DNA of 64,000 bases from an uncultured Candidatus Saccharibacteria bacterium (GTDB lineage Bacteria > Patescibacteriota > Minisyncoccia > Phycocordibacterales > Phycocordibacteraceae), in the NCBI GenBank assembly GCA_964650475.1, contig CAZYRK010000002.1:12087-76086 (forward strand). The letters are read 5' to 3'. Below, one piece after another: positions 30,601-41,273 of this stretch. Numbering within the stretch: position 1 is the first letter of the stretch; every line of letters begins with the position of its first letter. Both the position numbers and the translations under genes were made by a program. The notes beneath the pieces are model-generated. The model saw only the letters and a program-made list of their open reading frames with translations. It was not told the DNA's origin and searched no databases.

Positions 30601-32826
30601 ATGTCGTCCATCAGTAAGGTTTGAAATTGTATTACTCACTTCCCCACCCGATGTACAACTAACAAGTACCGAGCTTCCGCTATCTATCGTGTAAGAACAT
30701 GTGAGCAGGCTTGCATCAGTCGGAGTAAATATAAGTGTTGGGTTCGAATTGTGGTAGACAACATTCTCACCTGGCGAGAGAAAATCGGGGATCGTCGGAT
30801 TCGTGGTATCAATAACAAAAGTGTGTGTGCCATTAGATACCATTACGTTACCCGCAGCATCTGCTCCGTCAGTCAAAGTTATCGTAGCTGTACCATCTGA
30901 GCTGGGTTGGGTAATTGTGTAATCATAAGTCCATGTATCAGTTGGGGCTGTACCTAACATAGGTGTTGCTGAAACAGTATCAATGGTTCCAGCCGTATCA
31001 ATCGCGATTTGCGGTGCTGTTGTTAATGGCTCGCTGAATTTTACAGTGATTGTATGTGTTCCGGCATTGAAGTATTGTCCATCACTACTTACAGCATCGG
31101 TTGCAGTTGAGACCGTCGGCTTCGTTTTATCAAAAGTAACAGTACTACTATCAGTTGTATTCGTTACTTGTATACCTGAATTACCAGCCACGTCACTAAA
31201 ATCAATCGCGAAAGGAACTACCCTCTCGGAGTCACTTGATTGCATCGTATAAGTAGCTGCCCAAGAAGCTCCCGAACCAGTTACTAACGCTGAATTTCCA
31301 CCAATAGTTACTGTCAGGGTTTGAATATCCTCATCGGCAGTGATGTTCACTGTAATCTTGTCACCAACCTTAGCAAAACTTGAATTAGAATTTTCCGAAG
31401 TTATACCTACAGTACTTAATGTAGGTGCTGTTTGATCAACATAAATAGTACCATCGCTTGGAGTACCTGTTGTAGAATTGCCGGCATTGTCTGTAATGAC
31501 TGCTCCAAGTGTAATATTTTTACCGTCAGCAAAACCAGTCAATGCTTCAAAGGTTGATGCTTGGATACTTATCGTGGTTGTGTTTCCAGTACTATTGTCA
31601 ATATTTACCGATGAACCCAAGTCCACAAAACTACCGCTGCCAATCTGTGCCTGAAGTTGAATATTCCCACCTATTAGTGAGCTGTCACTGGAGTCTACAG
31701 GAACGACAACCTTCAATGCCGTGTTAGTAGAGTTCCATTTACCAGAAACAACATTTCCACCTGACGCAGTAACACCTCCAACCGTAAAGCTAGCTGGTGC
31801 TGTGGTGTCAATAACAAATTTATGTGAACTATCAGATGCCATCACATTGCCAGCAACATCTGTTCCATCAGTCAGAGTTATCGTAGCTGTACCATCTGAG
31901 CTGGGTTGGGTAATTGTGTAATCATAAGTCCATGTATCAGTTGGGGCTGTACCTAACATAGGTGTTGCTGAAACAGTATCAATGGTTCCAGCCGTATCAA
32001 TCGCGATTTGCGGTGCTGTTGTTAATGGCTCGCTGAATTTTACAGTGATTGTATGTGTTCCGGCATTGAAGTATTGTCCATCACTACTTACAGCATCGGT
32101 TGCAGTTGAGACCGTTGGGATTTGTGTATCTACTTTTACTTCTTTTGAACTTCCGACAACTTCAACATTTCCTGCATTGTCTGTTGATTTCCATACTATG
32201 AAGTTAGTACCGTCAGGAACCGCAAACGGATCCAAATACGCAGACCAATGCGTTCCGTCGTCAAGACTATAGCTTGTTGAGGAACATCCGCTTCCTGTAA
32301 CTCCGCTAACGATATTGTCATTACATGTAAGTGTAACTGTTGGTGCTGACGTTGACGTATACTATCCTGTAGAACTTGGATTTTCAGGAGAAATAGAATA
32401 TGTAGTTTCAGGTGCGGTGTTATCTATGGTGAAAGTTTTAGAAAAACCGGACCCTCCATTCGCTCCAGTAACACGCACCTTGTATGTACCGTCATCAACA
32501 TTAATCGTATTCCATAAATAAGATTCCGTACTAATTGAATTTGCACCAGTTATTGGTACCGGTGTTACCCCATTAGAGAAATCGGAAGAGTATACTAAAG
32601 TATACGGAGATGAGGTGTTTGCATTATTTATAGAACTCCATGTAATGTTTTTACTGCCACGCACATATAATATATTTGATACTGTAGTACCTGATACACT
32701 TACTTCATAAGATGCTGATGTAGCACGTACCTGACCGATGAAGAACCCGCCCATTATGACCGTGATAATTGAGAACATTGCAATGAAGGTCGCTTTGCGT
32801 CCAAAGCGAGAATACAAATTATTCAT
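27649..32826 (-). pseudogene. About 1725-aa Ig-like/beta-helix surface protein interrupted by one in-frame TAG (32362-32364)
   Basis: ORFs 32362-32826 and 27649-32235 are in the same frame, with open sequence SSTG*YTSTSAPTVTLTC between them; D.AGN Ig repeats and a pectin-lyase-like ATIQGAID region. Confidence 0.75.
30877..32115. repeat. About 240-bp intragenic direct repeat (30877-31116 and 31876-32115)
   Basis: Identical peptide TVSTATDAVSSDGQYFNAG...DGTATITLTDG occurs twice, 999 bp apart. Confidence 0.9.
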
Positions 32827-33033
32827 ACATTTAAGTGTTAGTGGTATTAAAAGGTACCTTTTTTATTTTCTTTCACGTTCGGTTTTTCACGGGTTTTTCA
32901 CAGATACAAATCGCCCAAGCGTTTTGTATCTACATCCTCCTCTTTACGGCGTAGTAAGTCAATATTGTGTTTTTTGAGAAATACTTGATAATTTGTGGCG
33001 GTTTTTTGGGAAGGTGCGGGTGGGTTGGAGATT

Positions 33034-33094
33034 CGGGAGCACACACAAAGCGCCGCGCGGGCTTCGCCCGCGCGGCGCTTTGTGTGTGCTCCCG
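33034..33094. repeat. Perfect 29-bp hairpin, c-GAA-g loop on minus strand
   Basis: cgggagcacacacaaagcgccgcgcgggc-ttc-gcccgcgcggcgctttgtgtgtgctcccg. Confidence 0.9.
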
Positions 33095-33129
33095 TTATAA
33101 CTATATATAAAGGAGTGTTTTTTTGAAAA

Positions 33130-33606
33130 CTATGCCGGACTAAGAGGGCTCTTCACAGCCTGGTGCACGAAACGCACTGAAATAGCGACTGTGTTTACAA
33201 TCTCTTTGCCAAAAGTCTTTTCCGGCTCAAGACTAATAATCTCATAATGATACGTGCCTTCGCTTGTTACCGGAAAGCCGTTAAATTGTGCTCGGAAACG
33301 TGCGCGTTTGTGTTCGGCTTGCAAGGCTACCTCTGCTTTGTTTTCGTGTAGTATCTTTCCGCTAGGGTCGCGCAAAAGAACCTTAAACTTTAGAGAAAGA
33401 GGCGTGCCTGTTTCTTCACGCACCCACATACTCACCATATGGTGGTTTACCGGGATTACGGAATTATCGGGGACAGCCCCTGAAACCTGAAGTGTAAGCT
33501 CTTCCAGAATGTCAAAAAGCGAGACAGTGTTATTGTCACGATCGATAGAGGAAGAAAGCGAAACTATCGCCCACGCGTTTTGTAGTGTTTCTTTATTCAT
33601 AGTCAA
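33130..33606 (-). CDS. Hypothetical protein
   Basis: 158-aa ORF co-oriented with its neighbours, beta-rich. Confidence 0.65.
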   Translation of the reverse strand: MTMNKETLQNAWAIVSLSSSIDRDNNTVSLFDILEELTLQVSGAVPDNSVIPVNHHMVSMWVREETGTPLSLKFKVLLRDPSGKILHENKAEVALQAEHKRARFRAQFNGFPVTSEGTYHYEIISLEPEKTFGKEIVNTVAISVRFVHQAVKSPLSPA

Positions 33607-33625
33607 TATTCAGTTAATTTTTAAA

Positions 33626-34270
33626 CTAGCCACCGACGAGTAGCCGAAAAATAAAAAGTACGAGAGCGTAGAAAGGTCCAGAGAGTACTGTTACAAAAAC
33701 AAAAAGCACCGCGAGAAGCCCTATTGGCCCTAAGGCGCGTATGCGCTGTTCAAAAGCACGCACGGATACGGAATAGCGATACGGCAAAGCACTGGCAAGA
33801 ATGGTGTACCCGTCAAAAGGAGGAATAGGTATAAGATTAAACAACCCGAGAAACAGGTTTGTGATAACAATAAGCTGTGCAAAAACTACAGCGGAAGCCG
33901 GAAGCCCTATTGAAAGAGCTACTCTGGCAACAAGAGCAAAGATAAGCGCTAAAAGAATGTTTGAAAGAGGTCCAGCCAAAGCTACCAGCGTCTCTCCCCA
34001 CCGCTGATGCTTCAAGTTATACGGATTATAAGGAACGGGTTTTGCCCAACCAAAGAGAATACTCGAGTGCGTAAAGATTAAAAATGCCGGAATAAGTATG
34101 GAACCGATTATGTCGATATGAGGAATCGGGTTCAGTGTGAGGCGTCCTGCCATGCGTGCGGTTGGGTCGCCAAGAGCGTTCGCGGAAAAGCCATGAGCGA
34201 CCTCGTGCACGATAACCGAAAACACTAGTATTATGATTGCAAAAATGGATGTGTCCAACGTGAGTTGCAT
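33626..34270 (-). CDS. Site-2 protease (M50 family)
   Basis: HEVAH, AGP..N, FNLIPIPPFDG. Confidence 0.93.
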   Translation of the reverse strand: MQLTLDTSIFAIIILVFSVIVHEVAHGFSANALGDPTARMAGRLTLNPIPHIDIIGSILIPAFLIFTHSSILFGWAKPVPYNPYNLKHQRWGETLVALAGPLSNILLALIFALVARVALSIGLPASAVVFAQLIVITNLFLGLFNLIPIPPFDGYTILASALPYRYSVSVRAFEQRIRALGPIGLLAVLFVFVTVLSGPFYALVLFIFRLLVGG

Positions 34271-34305
34271 AATAAGGTATTTGCATGGTACCATGCCTCG
34301 TACAT

Positions 34306-34548
34306 ATGGCACGCATTTGCGAAATCACAGGAAAGACATCCCAAGTAGGCGGGCGGTACTCAAACCGTACGCGTGCTACGCAATATAACCCGACAGGCAA
34401 AACACGCCGTCAGCCGAATCTTCAGAAGCGTCGTATCTTCGTTCCGGAGATAAATAAGACCGTTATTGTAAACATTTCAGTAAAAGCAATGCGTATTATT
34501 AAAAAGAACGGAGCTTTTGCCACTCTTAAAAAGGCGGGGTTGGTGTAG
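34306..34548 (+). CDS. rpmB: 50S ribosomal protein L28
   Basis: MARICEITGK..., RRQPNLQKRR. Confidence 0.9.
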   Translation: MARICEITGKTSQVGGRYSNRTRATQYNPTGKTRRQPNLQKRRIFVPEINKTVIVNISVKAMRIIKKNGAFATLKKAGLV

Positions 34549-34558
34549 ATTGGTAGAG

Positions 34559-34603
34559 AAAAGTAAAAGCGCGGGTCGCAAAGCGACCCGCGCTTTTACT
34601 TTT
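34559..34603. terminator. Perfect 21-bp hairpin (c-AAA-g) between convergent genes, overlapping a stop codon
   Basis: aaaagtaaaagcgcgggtcgc-aaa-gcgacccgcgcttttactttt. Confidence 0.75.
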
Positions 34604-35450
34604 TCACCCACACGCTGTACCCGTCACTTGCAAAGGCAATGCTGTGCGTACGAGTTGTGTACACCGAAATATTTTGCGATGTGAGCATTTTTAATGTGCT
34701 CGGCGCCGGATACCCGTATTTATTTTCTCCTACTGAAATAACAGCGTAGCGCGGGTGCACCGAAAGAAGCCATTTTAGGTCTATAGAGTTTCGTGCTCCA
34801 AAATGCCCAATGGAAAGAACATCGCTTGAGAGTTTCTCTCCACTATTAAAAGCTACCAGCCGGAGCTCTATTTTACGCGAGACATCGCTGGGCAAAAGAA
34901 ATGACGTTTTCCCATACACCACGCGCAAAACAACAGAGTTGTTTTGCGCGTTTGTTTTAGAGGCACCATGTTCCGGAGAGAGTACTTTTATGTACGCTCC
35001 TTTGCCGATATCAAAACGCATTCCGCGCACGGCTCGCAAGTGCAACAAGTGCGGTACGCGCCCTGCAAATTCTGCCGTCAAACGTGAGGAGGTGGTTTGG
35101 TTTGGTGCACCCGAAGTTATAAAAGCTCCAACATGATACCTACTTAAAATTTTTGCCAGTCCTCCGGTGTTACCGGCACTCGGGTTGGTTTCAATAACAA
35201 CAGAAATATTTCTATCGAGCGGATTAAGCACGGAGGAGAGCGCGCGAAGCGTTGCGGAGTCACGCCCTCCGTCGATAAGTATATTTGCACCGGTGGGGCT
35301 ACGCACAAGTACCGCGCGAGCGTTTCCGACTTTAAGAAAAGAAACTGTTAAATTTTCCTTACCGAAAGAAATTTGCGCGCGCATTATAAAAAACAACATA
35401 AAGAGGAGTGCGGTTATCAGAAAATACGATACTTTGCGTTTTGCGTTCAT
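34596..35450 (-). CDS. ComEC-associated metallo-beta-lactamase-fold protein (degenerate metal site)
   Basis: ILIDGG, NNSVVLR, AVISVG.NKYGYP; HxHxDH replaced by TNPSAGN. Confidence 0.85.
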   Translation of the reverse strand: MNAKRKVSYFLITALLFMLFFIMRAQISFGKENLTVSFLKVGNARAVLVRSPTGANILIDGGRDSATLRALSSVLNPLDRNISVVIETNPSAGNTGGLAKILSRYHVGAFITSGAPNQTTSSRLTAEFAGRVPHLLHLRAVRGMRFDIGKGAYIKVLSPEHGASKTNAQNNSVVLRVVYGKTSFLLPSDVSRKIELRLVAFNSGEKLSSDVLSIGHFGARNSIDLKWLLSVHPRYAVISVGENKYGYPAPSTLKMLTSQNISVYTTRTHSIAFASDGYSVWVKK

Positions 35451-35504
35451 TACTTATGAGGATACCGTATGGCGGTTTCTTGTTCAGTTCCAAATGCGTA
35501 TTTT

Positions 35505-37049
35505 TCAAAAAGAGATAGGCGGTGCCTGCGTATCGTCTCGCGGAGAAGTGGAGGTTTCCAAAGCTAGTGCGGGCTCGGGAAGTGCGTATAAAGTTTTACG
35601 AAAAGAAAGTCTGCGGGCAAAAAGAAATAAACTTATATAAGTAACTACGACCCACGCAAAAGAAAACGAGGGAACCGAAAATGCGGAGAAAGGAATGTTT
35701 GCAACAAAATGCACGACAGCGATTATGTAATGCAAAAGAATATATGCGGGAAGCCCCACAAGCGGAGCGAGCGCTGGGGAGAAAAAAGCAAAGAAGCCTG
35801 CGAAAGCGGATGTAGCCATCGCAAGAGGCACGAGGGGTAAAACAAGAAAGTTTGCAGGAAGTGCCACAACCGAAAAAAGTCCGTTCACATAAAGCAAAAG
35901 TGGCAAAACTGCAATCTGTGCAGAAGTGGTCGACGCCACAATCTCGCGAAGAAAGGTGCTTTTAATAAAACCGAGTTTCGGCTCCAAAAGTGGCACGCCT
36001 AAAATAAGCCCAAGAGTTGCTATCACGGACAAGTCAAAACCAAAACTGAAAGCGAGCAAGAGCGGGTTCCACAAAACCATAAGGAGCACTGCAAATACAA
36101 GCGCGCGAGTTACGTCATATGTGCGACCTGTTGAAAGAGCTGTTAGAGCAAAGAGTGCCATAAGTCCGGCGCGAACACTCGAGGCTCCCGCTCCGGAGGC
36201 AAGTACAAACATTCCTATTATAAAACCAGCACATAGCGAAGCCTTTCTGCGCGAAAGAAACGAGAGCAATAAAAGTACAGCCTCTGCGACAATCATCACG
36301 TTGTATCCGGAAAGTACTATTACATGTACAAGTCCCGAGCGCACAAAGTCTTTAAGCAAACCCGCTCCAAGCCCTTGCGTGCCTCCGGCAACTATCCCTC
36401 CGGCAAGAGATGCTTCCGGCTCGGGAAGAGCAAACCCAAGAGCGTATAGAAATTTTTGTTTCAAGCCGATAAGCCAGCCATACACATGGGGAAAAATATT
36501 TGTCGGTGGTTTTATTTTTGTAAGCGAGGCGTGTTGCATCAAAGAAAAAACTCCCTTCACAGCGAGGTACCTGTCGTATCGAAATGTTCGCCCGTACTCT
36601 GTTGCAAAAGGTTTCGGTTTTTTTAATTCTCCAGAAATTGAAACTTTCTCTCCATATGAAATATTTACTCCGCGCGACAAAGAGACAAGCACGTTCGTGC
36701 TTGTCTCTTTGTCGCGCACGGAAACGATGACGTTTTGTTTTGTATCTCGTATATCCGGAGAGCCGACAACAGTTCCAAACAAAACCACTTTCTTGCCGAT
36801 ATCTTTTGCAAAAGTTTTTGGAAGAGAAAAAGGGGTTATTGAAACGCGAGCAATCCCCGCAAGCGATGCGAAAAATATAATTCCGATTAGTGCGTACAAG
36901 GGTCTGCGTGTAAAAAACCACCCGGCGATAAAAACAAATGCGATTACCGCAAGAAACCCCAGCGCTTGGTTTGAAAAAATATAAAATGACCGTGCAAAAA
37001 CTCCGAGTAAAAAACCTGCGACGATAAAGAAAAATCGTCGGCTTCGCAT
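35505..37049 (-). CDS. comEC: Competence protein ComEC (OB and membrane competence domain)
   Basis: GLVHVIVLSGYNV, SSVRAGLM, GFDLS..AT. Confidence 0.92.
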   Translation of the reverse strand: MRSRRFFFIVAGFLLGVFARSFYIFSNQALGFLAVIAFVFIAGWFFTRRPLYALIGIIFFASLAGIARVSITPFSLPKTFAKDIGKKVVLFGTVVGSPDIRDTKQNVIVSVRDKETSTNVLVSLSRGVNISYGEKVSISGELKKPKPFATEYGRTFRYDRYLAVKGVFSLMQHASLTKIKPPTNIFPHVYGWLIGLKQKFLYALGFALPEPEASLAGGIVAGGTQGLGAGLLKDFVRSGLVHVIVLSGYNVMIVAEAVLLLLSFLSRRKASLCAGFIIGMFVLASGAGASSVRAGLMALFALTALSTGRTYDVTRALVFAVLLMVLWNPLLLAFSFGFDLSVIATLGLILGVPLLEPKLGFIKSTFLREIVASTTSAQIAVLPLLLYVNGLFSVVALPANFLVLPLVPLAMATSAFAGFFAFFSPALAPLVGLPAYILLHYIIAVVHFVANIPFSAFSVPSFSFAWVVVTYISLFLFARRLSFRKTLYALPEPALALETSTSPRDDTQAPPISF

Positions 37050-37052
37050 GCA

Positions 37053-37472
37053 CTACTCTTTACTATCCATCGCTTCGTTTGCCAGAAGGTCTGCGTCTTT
37101 ATTTTGTTCGCGTGGGATATGAGTAAACTCCACATTGCCAAATACAGACATCGCTTCTTTAAGTTTCATTTGCTGTGTGCGCAATACCGGATGCTTCACG
37201 CGGTATATTCCTTTCATCTGTTTTACAACAAGCTCGCTGTCCATCTTCACAAACACTTCGGTATCGGGAAGAGACTTCTCCGGAACAATTGATGCGAGTT
37301 TTTGTATGGCGAGAATAATCGCTTCGTACTCTGCAAAATTATTTGTGCGCGTTCCGAGAAACTTTGAGACCGACGCTACTGTGTTTCCTTTCTCGTCACG
37401 AATAACGGCTCCGGCTCCGGCGGGTCCGGGGTTTCCTCTCGAACCGCCGTCTGTGTGGATTGTGTAATGCAT
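37053..37472 (-). CDS. rnhA: Ribonuclease HI
   Basis: TDGGSRGNPG, TNNFAEY, DSELVV, NKDAD.LAN. Confidence 0.95.
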   Translation of the reverse strand: MHYTIHTDGGSRGNPGPAGAGAVIRDEKGNTVASVSKFLGTRTNNFAEYEAIILAIQKLASIVPEKSLPDTEVFVKMDSELVVKQMKGIYRVKHPVLRTQQMKLKEAMSVFGNVEFTHIPREQNKDADLLANEAMDSKE

Positions 37473-37499
37473 AATATTTTATTTCAAAATAACCTATCC

Positions 37500-37544
37500 A
37501 GAAAAAAACTCAACCGCGCGGAGCGCGCGGTTGAGTTTTTTTCT
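37500..37544. repeat. Perfect 21-bp hairpin
   Basis: agaaaaaaactcaaccgcgcg-gag-cgcgcggttgagtttttttct. Confidence 0.85.
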
Positions 37545-37598
37545 AAAAATAAATTTCATTTATTACTACGTTGTACATAAAAAAATAATCTCGCGCGT

Positions 37599-39314
37599 CT
37601 AAATAATTTTTAACAAACGGAAACGCAAAGTGTTTTTGTACAAAAAAGTATCGCGTTCCAAGTGCGCGAGTATCGTAATGCGCGAGGAAATCTCTATATT
37701 TTTAACTCTAGTTCGTAAATCGTGCTTCGCGAAGAAAGCAATCGCCTCAAGGGTTCCACGAGCTCCATTTAGCGATAATTTAATGTGCTCCTCATTTTTA
37801 CCAAACGATGAAACTTTTTTGACCTCTATTTCACGCAATATCCAAGCCGGTTTTTTGTTGCCTTCGCCAAAAGGTGCGAGCTGTTCCAAGCGAGAAAGAA
37901 AATCGAAAGTTGCATCTGCAATCAAAAGTTCTGCGTCCGCATAAACAGGCAACACGCCGTCTTTATTTTTATCGAGTGTTTCAAAAGTTTTATTTAATCT
38001 CTCTTCAAGAAAAAAGATGGAGTCATCGCGTACGGAAAAACCTCCTGCCGGAGCGTGCCCTCCACACCTCGTAAAAGTTTCCGGCGTCGCACTCATAAGT
38101 TCAAAAACATCGGTAACACCTTCACTGCGACACGAGCCTTTTATTGTTCCATCCTCTTCGCGACCCCAAACAAAAGTCGGACGTCCATACTCCTCTGCAA
38201 CGCTCCCCGCCACAAGCCCAAGAAGTGACGGGCGCCACTGCGGGTCGCCGATAGCAATCACGCTCGGCAAATTTTCTGAAGCCTTGCGTTCTTTAAGACG
38301 TGCATAAACATTTCTCGTGATACTCGCCACCGCACTTTTCCTACGACGGTTTGCAGACTCGAGTTTCTTTGCGAGAGTGTTTGCTTCATCAGTATCGTCT
38401 GTGGCAAAAAGACGAAAAGCGTCCACTGGGTCGCCCATTCTAGACGCTGCATTTATTCGCGGAGCAATCATAAAACCAACATCGTCTTCTGTAATAGTGC
38501 GTGCATTAACACGCATAACATTGCATAGAGCGGAGAGACCTTTTCGAGGAGATTTCCTAAGCACAAGCAAACCGTATTTTGCGAGAACTCGATTCTCTCC
38601 GACAAGAGGAACCATGTCTGCGATTGTTGCAATACCGACCATATCAAGAAGCCATTTTTCCCACCCCTCGTGGATACTCTCCCGTTTTTCAAAACCAGTA
38701 GCGAGGGTTGCCACGACCAGTTTCCATGCAAGTGCCGCTCCGCACAAATCGCGAAAAGGATACGTCTCGCCCGATTGTTTTGGGTCCACTATGGCGTATG
38801 CGTCCGGAATATTTTCACCGACTTCGTGATGGTCTGTGACAATAACATCGATGCCGAGCTCTTTCGCGCGGGCGATAGGCTCCACATCTGTGATGCCAGA
38901 ATCGACAGTAACAACCAGCGTCACACCCTCGCTCGCTAGCTTTTCAATGCCGTCGATATTTACTCCGTACCCTTCCAAATTTCTGTGCGGAATATAGTTT
39001 GTAAAACGCACCCCTGCTTTTTTTAGAAAGTCGTGCATCACGACTGCCCCCGGAATACCGTCTGCATCGTAGTCGCTCCACACCGCTACGTGCTCATCAT
39101 TATCAATCGCCTTGGCGAGACGCGCAGAAGCGCGTGGCATGTTTTTCATCAGCATCGGATTGTGTACGTTCTCGTCATATGATGGGTGCAAAAAAACTTC
39201 CGCCTCGACGGCGTTTGCAACACCGCGCCGAGAAAGAAGCATCGCCGTTAGCTCATCGTATTCGGAAAGTTTTTCGCGAAGATCGGCGTCAATCGGAGTA
39301 TGAAACGGAACCAT
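37599..39314 (-). CDS. recJ: ssDNA exonuclease RecJ
   Basis: DYDADG, TDHH, PRINAASR, GSCRS, GGHAPAGG. Confidence 0.95.
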   Translation of the reverse strand: MVPFHTPIDADLREKLSEYDELTAMLLSRRGVANAVEAEVFLHPSYDENVHNPMLMKNMPRASARLAKAIDNDEHVAVWSDYDADGIPGAVVMHDFLKKAGVRFTNYIPHRNLEGYGVNIDGIEKLASEGVTLVVTVDSGITDVEPIARAKELGIDVIVTDHHEVGENIPDAYAIVDPKQSGETYPFRDLCGAALAWKLVVATLATGFEKRESIHEGWEKWLLDMVGIATIADMVPLVGENRVLAKYGLLVLRKSPRKGLSALCNVMRVNARTITEDDVGFMIAPRINAASRMGDPVDAFRLFATDDTDEANTLAKKLESANRRRKSAVASITRNVYARLKERKASENLPSVIAIGDPQWRPSLLGLVAGSVAEEYGRPTFVWGREEDGTIKGSCRSEGVTDVFELMSATPETFTRCGGHAPAGGFSVRDDSIFFLEERLNKTFETLDKNKDGVLPVYADAELLIADATFDFLSRLEQLAPFGEGNKKPAWILREIEVKKVSSFGKNEEHIKLSLNGARGTLEAIAFFAKHDLRTRVKNIEISSRITILAHLERDTFLYKNTLRFRLLKII

Positions 39315-39468
39315 GCGTACTACTATGCTCTAAAAAAACAAACTTGTCGATATAAAAAACCGAGAGTTTTTCTCGTAAACACTGGTTATTGGAAAAAGTA
39401 AAACAGTGGTTGGGGAATAGAAAATCGGCACCAACCCGTAGGGTTGGTGCCGATGCTTTGCCGATGCT

Positions 39469-39984
39469 TTACAGAAAGCCTTCGAACCATCTATCCGGTG
39501 GTTTTTCTACAACCTCCGGAAAATGGTGGTGGAGGACCGCCTGAAGTAAAACGACATTCCTCTCAGAGAGGTCTACATAGCCGTAAGCTATACGCACACC
39601 CTTCTCCCCTTCCAAAAGAAATTTGGCGGAAGAAAGGTACTCCAGTTCAGCAAGATGGTTTTCCGTGATTGAGTTGCAATAGGCGCAAAAATTGCCATAG
39701 AGCTGTACAAGCTCAGTATTGCGTCTGTTGCAAAGAGCTTTTTCCATACTTAGATTATATGGAGTAACTCTTGCAAAGGACACTTCTTTATATGTCGGGA
39801 GCCCGACAATTCGTAAGTAGGTCTCTTTTCTTTTCGGGTTTTCCAAGCTCTCTACCGACACGCACACCAAAATAAGAACTGTTAAGATGTGTTTCTTTTC
39901 ATCTTTTTTGGTGATTATACCAATACAAAACCTTGAGCTATCAACATAAACAATACAAAAACAACTCACCTTTCTGTTGTCCAT
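39469..39984 (-). CDS. Hypothetical protein
   Basis: ORF with a strong AAGGAGG Shine-Dalgarno. Confidence 0.55.
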   Translation of the reverse strand: MDNRKVSCFCIVYVDSSRFCIGIITKKDEKKHILTVLILVCVSVESLENPKRKETYLRIVGLPTYKEVSFARVTPYNLSMEKALCNRRNTELVQLYGNFCAYCNSITENHLAELEYLSSAKFLLEGEKGVRIAYGYVDLSERNVVLLQAVLHHHFPEVVEKPPDRWFEGFL

Positions 39985-40127
39985 AACAAAGAACCTCCTT
40001 TCGGAACTCGGGGCACCTCGCTAATGAGGTTTCTTATTTCCCGGTACCAATGGCGACACACTACCATATTAAAACAACAACGCCAAATTTCCCAGCTAAT
40101 GTGCTATGTTGTCAAGTTCTTATTTTT

Positions 40128-41273
40128 TTACTTCCCGTGTTCAAGAGCTTCGATACCCACGAGAGTGCCGTCTGTAAGAAAATCGAGCATCGCTCCACCT
40201 CCGGTTGAAACAAAAGAAAATTTATCACTAATGCCAAGCGACTCTATCGCGGAAACGGTATCTCCACCACCAACTATCGACTGTGCGGAACTCTTTGCAA
40301 TAGCAAAAGCGAGTTTTGTATCTCCGTCCGTAAAGCCTTTTTCATAATTCCCGAGAGGTCCGTTCCATAGCACGGTTTTTGCTTCTTTGACCAAAGAAGC
40401 AAAAACCGTGCTAGTCTCTTCCCCAACATCAAAAGCCGACTCGTCTTCGCCGATATTGTCTAGTGCGCGCGGTATTTTTTTTGTAGCGTCTTCATCGGCT
40501 TTTGCCACGACGACGTCTACCGGCAAAACCAAATTTTCATTTTTAAGAAGTGCGCGCACGCTGTCTTGGTTTGCTCCCGAAACCCGAGAAGTACCCATCT
40601 TATAGCCCTTTGCGAGCAGAAAGTCATTTGCAAGTGCTCCACCTACAGCAACATGTTCATACGAGTTAAGAAGAGTTTTTATGACAGGCTCTTTTGTATC
40701 AAATTTTGCTCCACCGATAACAGCGAGAGAGGGGTGTTCCGGAGTGCGCGCTTCGGACAAGTTTTTTACTTCCTCTGCAAGCAAAAGACCTGCGTACGAA
40801 GGCAAGAACTTTGGCACCCCAACGATGGAAGCGTGTTCACGATGGCACGTATCAAAAGCGTCTTGCACAAAAACATCTGCAAGGCTCGCCAGAGCGCGGG
40901 CGAAGCCCGCGTCATTTCCCACTTCACCGGGGTTCTGCCTTAAATTTTCAAGCAACAGCACTTCCCCACCCTTAAGCGATTGCTTCATCGCCACCGCCAA
41001 AGGACCGATAGATTCAGATGAAAATCTGACCCTTCTCAGCTTGGAAGCGAGTGCTCGGTACACAGGCATTAATGTTTCTGTTGGAGACCTTCCGATGTGT
41101 CCGCAGACAATCACTTTTGCTCCGGCGTTTGTAAGAAATTTAATAGTCGGTATCGTGCTACGTAAACGAAAATCACTTGTTATGTCTCCGTTTAGCACCG
41201 GCTCGTTTAGTGGAGCGCGAACAAGCACGATCGCTCCGGCAAGAGAAGGAATATTTCGAACGGTTTTCATCAT
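40128..41273 (-). CDS. pgk: Phosphoglycerate kinase
   Basis: HIGR, LLENLR, GGAK, WNGPLG, GGGDT, STGGGA. Confidence 0.96.
   Translation of the reverse strand: MMKTVRNIPSLAGAIVLVRAPLNEPVLNGDITSDFRLRSTIPTIKFLTNAGAKVIVCGHIGRSPTETLMPVYRALASKLRRVRFSSESIGPLAVAMKQSLKGGEVLLLENLRQNPGEVGNDAGFARALASLADVFVQDAFDTCHREHASIVGVPKFLPSYAGLLLAEEVKNLSEARTPEHPSLAVIGGAKFDTKEPVIKTLLNSYEHVAVGGALANDFLLAKGYKMGTSRVSGANQDSVRALLKNENLVLPVDVVVAKADEDATKKIPRALDNIGEDESAFDVGEETSTVFASLVKEAKTVLWNGPLGNYEKGFTDGDTKLAFAIAKSSAQSIVGGGDTVSAIESLGISDKFSFVSTGGGAMLDFLTDGTLVGIEALEHGK

Noticed and set aside
30877-32115. Diversity-generating retroelement TR/VR pair (also considered for the 511-bp repeat)
   Set aside because: The copies are essentially identical without adenine-specific mismatches, and no reverse transcriptase is present.
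27649-32826. Alternative genetic code explaining in-frame stops
   Set aside because: The interrupting codons are one TAG and one TAA (15679), and TAA, TAG and TGA all terminate conserved genes here, so they are better read as nonsense mutations.
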